Shown: piece after piece, positions 59,667 to 64,000 of the stretch
Layout: the number at the start of each line of letters is the position of its first letter
How positions within the stretch are numbered: the first letter of the stretch is position 1
Assembly (NCBI GenBank): GCA_965223325.1
Contig: CBDCWI010000001.1
Coordinates: forward strand, 1,248,001 to 1,312,000
DNA length: 64,000 bases
Reading direction: 5' to 3'
Source: Candidatus Multivoradales bacterium
Lineage (GTDB): Bacteria; Acidobacteriota; Thermoanaerobaculia; Multivoradales; Multivoraceae
Program-made: the position numbers and the translations under genes
Notes under the pieces: generated by a model
What the model was told of the DNA's origin: nothing
The model's database searches: none
Seen by the model: only the letters and a program-made list of their open reading frames with translations

Positions 59667-61322
59667 TCAGTTCGAGCCTAGGACCCAAATGCGGTCGCCG
59701 GACCGCGACTGACCGGAAAGAACGAGTTCCGGGTTGCCATCGCCGTCGAGATCCAACCATTGCGGGTCGGTCCAACGAACCTTCTCGGCCTCGGAGTCGC
59801 GATCGGCCGCCTGCGCGACGTCCTCTGTGTCTTCATCGACCTCGTTCGAAGAGGAACCACTGGCCCCCTCCGAGTCAACCGACACCGAAATCGCCAGCGA
59901 CTCACGCGGCGCCGCGCGCTCGAGTTGCATACTTTCAGTGGGAGCCGCTAGAAAAACGCCGCCCTTCCTTCCACCGTTGCCGGCATGAATCGCCAGGCGG
60001 TCCGAGACGAGAGCGAGGTCTAAGAGACCGTCGCCGGTTACATCACGGCCCCAAACCCAGTCTGCGAACGGCGGCTCGGGAAACAGAACGCGACGGCTAC
60101 GGTCGTTTGCGAACGAACCGTGTCCCGTTCCGCGAACCATCTCGACCTGGAGTTTCTTGCCGGAGAACCCCTCGCGCTGAAACAAGAGGAGGTCAACGAA
60201 CCCGTCACCGTCCAGGTCGGCAAGCTCCGAGCCGAGGTCTTGCCAAAGTCGGCTGATGGTTTCCACCGCCACCACGCTACGGTTGCCCTGACGGGTTCGG
60301 TCTGGACGGAGAGGATAGAGGCGCACCTTCTTGCGCTCGAATATCCCTACTTTGTCCGAGCGCAGCGCATGCACCAGCAACATCGGCTCCCCGCCAACAC
60401 GCACCGCACGACCGTAGACCGGCCGCTCGGCGCCCGGTGTGCTGAGAAAGAGGTCTTCGCTTTCGATGTGAGCGGCATCTGGGCCAGCGATCGTCATTCG
60501 GCGAACCGACCAACGGCCCGGGCCTTCCTCGACCGGCATGGTCAACAGCTCGAGCGTCTCGCTCGCGTTCTCTCCGCCGCCAGGAATCTGGAGCACCGCC
60601 GGGGTCTGGAGCCGAACCGCCCGACCGCTACGGCGGGCGCGCACCGGTAGCGCGACCGAAGCGACGACCCGACCCGGCCGACCGCCGCCAACGCGAACGA
60701 ACTCGAGCTGACCAACCGTTGGTATCGGCAAGAGCGCTCGCGCCGCTCCAGACCCGCCGTCGTCGGCCCGGGCGAGCAAGGGCTCAACGGTCGCAAGGTC
60801 AAAGAAGCGGCGCGCAAAGAGGATCCGCGGTACGCCATCCTGAACCCGGAGCAACTCGCCCGGGCGACCGAGCAGTGGCTCTTCTCTGCCGTCACCGTCG
60901 AGGTCGAGAGCAGCTGGTGTGCTGACCTCAGAATCGAGCCCACTGGCAAGCATTTCGACTTCGAAGCCCCCATCGCGCCCCAGGCCGACGGCGACCAGGC
61001 TTCGCTCTGACTCCCTACTCGACCGATGGCCCGCTTCCCCTCTCTCTTCGCTCTCCTCACCCGCCTCATCGCGATCACGCGGCTCGACCAACAGGAGCAG
61101 CTTGCAGCCGCCCGAGGAGTCACATAGACGGTTGCGCGCAACGATTCGCGCCGGAACGACGCCGTCAGGCGTCGTCACGGTGAGGGTGGTCTGGATCGCA
61201 CTCTCCTCTGCCCCCGCGGAACTCCCAGCCACGACCAGAGCGAGAGCCGCAACGCCAAGGACAACCCGAAGCACGACGCCAGGCCTGAAACGCCGCGCCA
61301 ACCACCCTGCCCGGCGCCTCAT
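59667..61322 (-). CDS. Secreted FG-GAP/VCBS repeat protein
   Basis: DLDGDGREE, DLDGDGFVD, DVTGDGLLD, DLDGDGNPE; ATGA overlap. Confidence 0.8.
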   Translation of the reverse strand: MRRRAGWLARRFRPGVVLRVVLGVAALALVVAGSSAGAEESAIQTTLTVTTPDGVVPARIVARNRLCDSSGGCKLLLLVEPRDRDEAGEESEERGEAGHRSSRESERSLVAVGLGRDGGFEVEMLASGLDSEVSTPAALDLDGDGREEPLLGRPGELLRVQDGVPRILFARRFFDLATVEPLLARADDGGSGAARALLPIPTVGQLEFVRVGGGRPGRVVASVALPVRARRSGRAVRLQTPAVLQIPGGGENASETLELLTMPVEEGPGRWSVRRMTIAGPDAAHIESEDLFLSTPGAERPVYGRAVRVGGEPMLLVHALRSDKVGIFERKKVRLYPLRPDRTRQGNRSVVAVETISRLWQDLGSELADLDGDGFVDLLLFQREGFSGKKLQVEMVRGTGHGSFANDRSRRVLFPEPPFADWVWGRDVTGDGLLDLALVSDRLAIHAGNGGRKGGVFLAAPTESMQLERAAPRESLAISVSVDSEGASGSSSNEVDEDTEDVAQAADRDSEAEKVRWTDPQWLDLDGDGNPELVLSGQSRSGDRIWVLGSN

Positions 61323-63136
61323 GAGCGGCCTCGACTGGTGTAGAGCTCGAGCCGAACCGGAACGCTGGCACCACGATCCTTTGCCTTTCCCGGTTGCATG
61401 ACGAGCAGATCCGAAAGTCCATCACCATCGAAGTCGGCGATACGCACCAACCCCAGGTTCTGCGGCGCACGCTTCAACTTGATTGTCAGATCGGGGGCCG
61501 TCGGGTACGAGCACCCGTCTCGACCGCGATGAATCGAAACGGTCTTGCCGCGCCCAAGCTGGACGAAGTCGGCCCTTCCGTCGCCGTCAAAGTCACCCGA
61601 AAACTGCGACAGCTGTCCAACCCGCAGGTCGGTCAAGCGCAAACGGAACTTGCCCGAAAGGTCAAGCCCGCTCACCGAGCGGAATTCACCGTTCGGCTGC
61701 TGGCAGTAGATGTGGAAGTCGAGACCGATGCTGATGCTTCTAGTTGCCAGAATGCGAACCGCCTGCAGCATCGAAAACTCGAGGGTCACCGTGATCAGGT
61801 CGGAGCGTCCGTCGCCATCGACGTCGCGGAAACCACCAGGAATGCGAAGCTCATCGTCTGATTCGCCTTGCGCCGCGTAACCAGTCGACTCGAACCGGGT
61901 GAGCGGTTGATCGGCAGGAGAAAGACCCTCCCCAGTTTCAAACACCCGGCGCACCATGGGTGGCTGTTTGGCCTCACGCATCGACTTGCGCATGCCGGCA
62001 TCTTGGTCGGCAAGGTTGGCTTCGCTCACCCACTCGGCGCGACCGTCGCCGTCGAGGTCGCCGAAATGTACGATCGCACGCTCGCTGGCGCCATCGCCAG
62101 CCGCCGACGCATCGAAGGGAAGCTCGTGCTCGGCCAGCGGCTCGACCGGTTCCGACCAATTCCAGTCGCCTCGATTGAGAAGCACGCGCAGCGACGACCA
62201 GCCGCCCGAGCGCAGCACGATGTCAGGCCGCCCGTCTCCGTTCGTATCCTCGACCGCAGGAAGCGGAATATCCCGAACCAGCGCGCCGGAGTCGGGCTCG
62301 GGCAGGCTCAGGCGAATCGGCGACGGTGGCTCGACAGGGGTCTCTGTCGCTAGCTCCGCCCCAGCCGCCGCGTCTCGCGTTCTCAGCCACAAGGCCAGGT
62401 CGGCGCCGCTCCAGAGTGCCGCCTCTTCAGTCCCGGGCACGAAAAGGTCGAGAACGCCGTCGCCATCGAAGTCCTGCACCAGGCGCAGGTCGGGCAGCAT
62501 CGTCTGCGAGCCCCGCATCGCCGGCGCGAACTCGAGAAGCGGCTCGAGCAGTGCGCTCCACAGGTCGCCCTGAGGACCGTCATCTGCCCCCTCTGGCCGC
62601 TTCTCTATCACCAGGCGCGAGACGCCGTCATCGGTGAGCGCAATGACGGCAATTCCCTCGGGCCCCGGCCCCACTGAGAGCACTGATTTGTCGAGTTCCA
62701 GGGGCCTCGCTGCGATCTGGAAGCCGCCCTCGGGCAAGCCGCGCAGCAGATGCAGTTCGCGACGATCGACGAGCGCCGGCACGATGGTCAACATCTCGAC
62801 GACGCCTTCGACACCGTCCACGTCGACCTCCTCTTCAATGCCCAACTGGTCCATCTCGGTGAACGCGAGCACGATCGCCAGATCACCAAGGCCATCGCCG
62901 TCGAGATCAGCCGGCACGACACCGGCGGGAACTCCCGGGAGATCGATCGTGTGCGCAGCCAGATCGAGCCGCCCCCGCGCCTGGCCGAGGAGCGCAGCCA
63001 CAGGAACGACCCCCAGACAGAGCACCAGCGCCAAAGGCCGAACGCATACCCAGCCCGCAGACGGGCCGGGTATGCGTTGCCGGCGATCGACAGGTCTGCT
63101 GAGACGCCAATCGAGAAGGGACGAACTAGAGGCCAT
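61319..63136 (-). CDS. Secreted FG-GAP/VCBS repeat protein
   Basis: Seven DxxGDG repeats; signal-like segment; start uncertain. Confidence 0.8.
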   Translation of the reverse strand: MASSSSLLDWRLSRPVDRRQRIPGPSAGWVCVRPLALVLCLGVVPVAALLGQARGRLDLAAHTIDLPGVPAGVVPADLDGDGLGDLAIVLAFTEMDQLGIEEEVDVDGVEGVVEMLTIVPALVDRRELHLLRGLPEGGFQIAARPLELDKSVLSVGPGPEGIAVIALTDDGVSRLVIEKRPEGADDGPQGDLWSALLEPLLEFAPAMRGSQTMLPDLRLVQDFDGDGVLDLFVPGTEEAALWSGADLALWLRTRDAAAGAELATETPVEPPSPIRLSLPEPDSGALVRDIPLPAVEDTNGDGRPDIVLRSGGWSSLRVLLNRGDWNWSEPVEPLAEHELPFDASAAGDGASERAIVHFGDLDGDGRAEWVSEANLADQDAGMRKSMREAKQPPMVRRVFETGEGLSPADQPLTRFESTGYAAQGESDDELRIPGGFRDVDGDGRSDLITVTLEFSMLQAVRILATRSISIGLDFHIYCQQPNGEFRSVSGLDLSGKFRLRLTDLRVGQLSQFSGDFDGDGRADFVQLGRGKTVSIHRGRDGCSYPTAPDLTIKLKRAPQNLGLVRIADFDGDGLSDLLVMQPGKAKDRGASVPVRLELYTSRGRS

Positions 63137-63254
63137 CAGTGCTCTCGCTCCTCTGCTGTCCTACAGCAATGAAGGTGCCATAGGAGAACGACCCAAAGGG
63201 CGTTTTGTTTCCGCACCGGCAGAAAAAGTGCCGGCTATGTCAGCGGCGAAGGGC

Positions 63255-63998
63255 TCAGCGACCGATCGCCACCAGCGAGTTTGTGGTCCTCCAGTACCAC
63301 ACCCCGTCGACCAGCGCCGGCGACGCGATGACACCCTCGCCCAGCGAATTCACGCTCTCGACCTCGAATTCGGGACCGCCCCGAATCACGAAGGTGTCGC
63401 CATCGTCGTTGGTGAAGAAAACCCGCCCGCCGACAGCGACCGGTGCTGCCGAGAAGCTCTCGCGTGCCGCCTTGCCGAGCCGTTCCTGCCAGACCACCTC
63501 TCCGCTCACTGCGTCGTAGACCGTTGCCACGCTCGCCATGTCATTGACCATGTACAGCCACGGACCGACGGCGATCGGCGCGGGAACGAACGGTGAGCCC
63601 TTCGGAGACGACCACACCACGTGAGTGTCGGTGACATTGCCGGAGCCGCCCGGCCGAATGGCAAGGGTCGGTCCGGCACGCCCCGAAGAGCAGAACACCA
63701 TGCCGTGGGCCACCACCGGCGTCGGAATGACCTCGAAGGTGTTGCCCTCTGCGTACCAGAGCTCCCGGCCGGTCGCCGGGTCGTAGGCCGTCACCTTCTT
63801 CTGGCCAGAGACGATGATCTCGTCACGCTCGGCGGTTCGAATCGCCACCGGCGAGTTCCACCCCACCTGGGCATCACGGGCAGTGCGCCAGAGTTCCCTA
63901 CCGGTTTCTTTCTCGAAAGCGGCAATGAAGGACCCGGGTTCACCACGCATGTCTTGGACCAGAATCACTGAGTCGCGGTAGAGCAGCGGCGAAGAGGC
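63255..63998 (-). CDS. PQQ-binding-like (BamB-like) beta-propeller protein (3' part; runs off window end)
   Basis: A.D..TG.ELW repeats, SP/TP motifs, N.LGE...ASPA; frame open to the window edge. Confidence 0.88.
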   Translation of the reverse strand, partial: ASSPLLYRDSVILVQDMRGEPGSFIAAFEKETGRELWRTARDAQVGWNSPVAIRTAERDEIIVSGQKKVTAYDPATGRELWYAEGNTFEVIPTPVVAHGMVFCSSGRAGPTLAIRPGGSGNVTDTHVVWSSPKGSPFVPAPIAVGPWLYMVNDMASVATVYDAVSGEVVWQERLGKAARESFSAAPVAVGGRVFFTNDDGDTFVIRGGPEFEVESVNSLGEGVIASPALVDGVWYWRTTNSLVAIGR

Positions 63999-64000
63999 GG

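Overview
High-GC bacterial chromosomal window. The gene content (acidobacterial-type VWA protein, many CRTAC1/ASPIC-UnbV FG-GAP proteins, Oar-like TonB-dependent receptor, secreted protein with an F-x-D-x-F-E-S tail) suggests Acidobacteriota, possibly Thermoanaerobaculia (inference). It holds about 45 genes, mostly for envelope or secreted proteins: peptidases (M16 pair, M28, M42, M48, M50), TrkAH, MATE, a GH109-like oxidoreductase, a GMC dehydrogenase pair, scattered type IV pilus genes (pilC-like, pilT, PilZ) and an OmpR-type two-component system. The most notable items are: (1) a RAYT-type HUH transposase gene bracketed by two identical 94-bp DIRECT repeats, each an 11-bp-periodic CCCGGG array plus a hairpin tail, filling the gap between two convergent stop codons; (2) a translationally coupled CRTAC1-CRTAC1-TPR-CRTAC1-TPR operon divergent from a TonB-dependent receptor, a candidate SusD-free uptake or sensing system; (3) four co-oriented perfect DnaA boxes with no dnaA/dnaN nearby; (4) a G-U-rich double-hairpin element and a sigma54/IHF promoter upstream of a PilZ gene; (5) a PhyH-like gene that appears to lack its catalytic core. 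No rRNA, tRNA or CRISPR array was recognised. All product calls come from motif recognition by eye, not from database searches.
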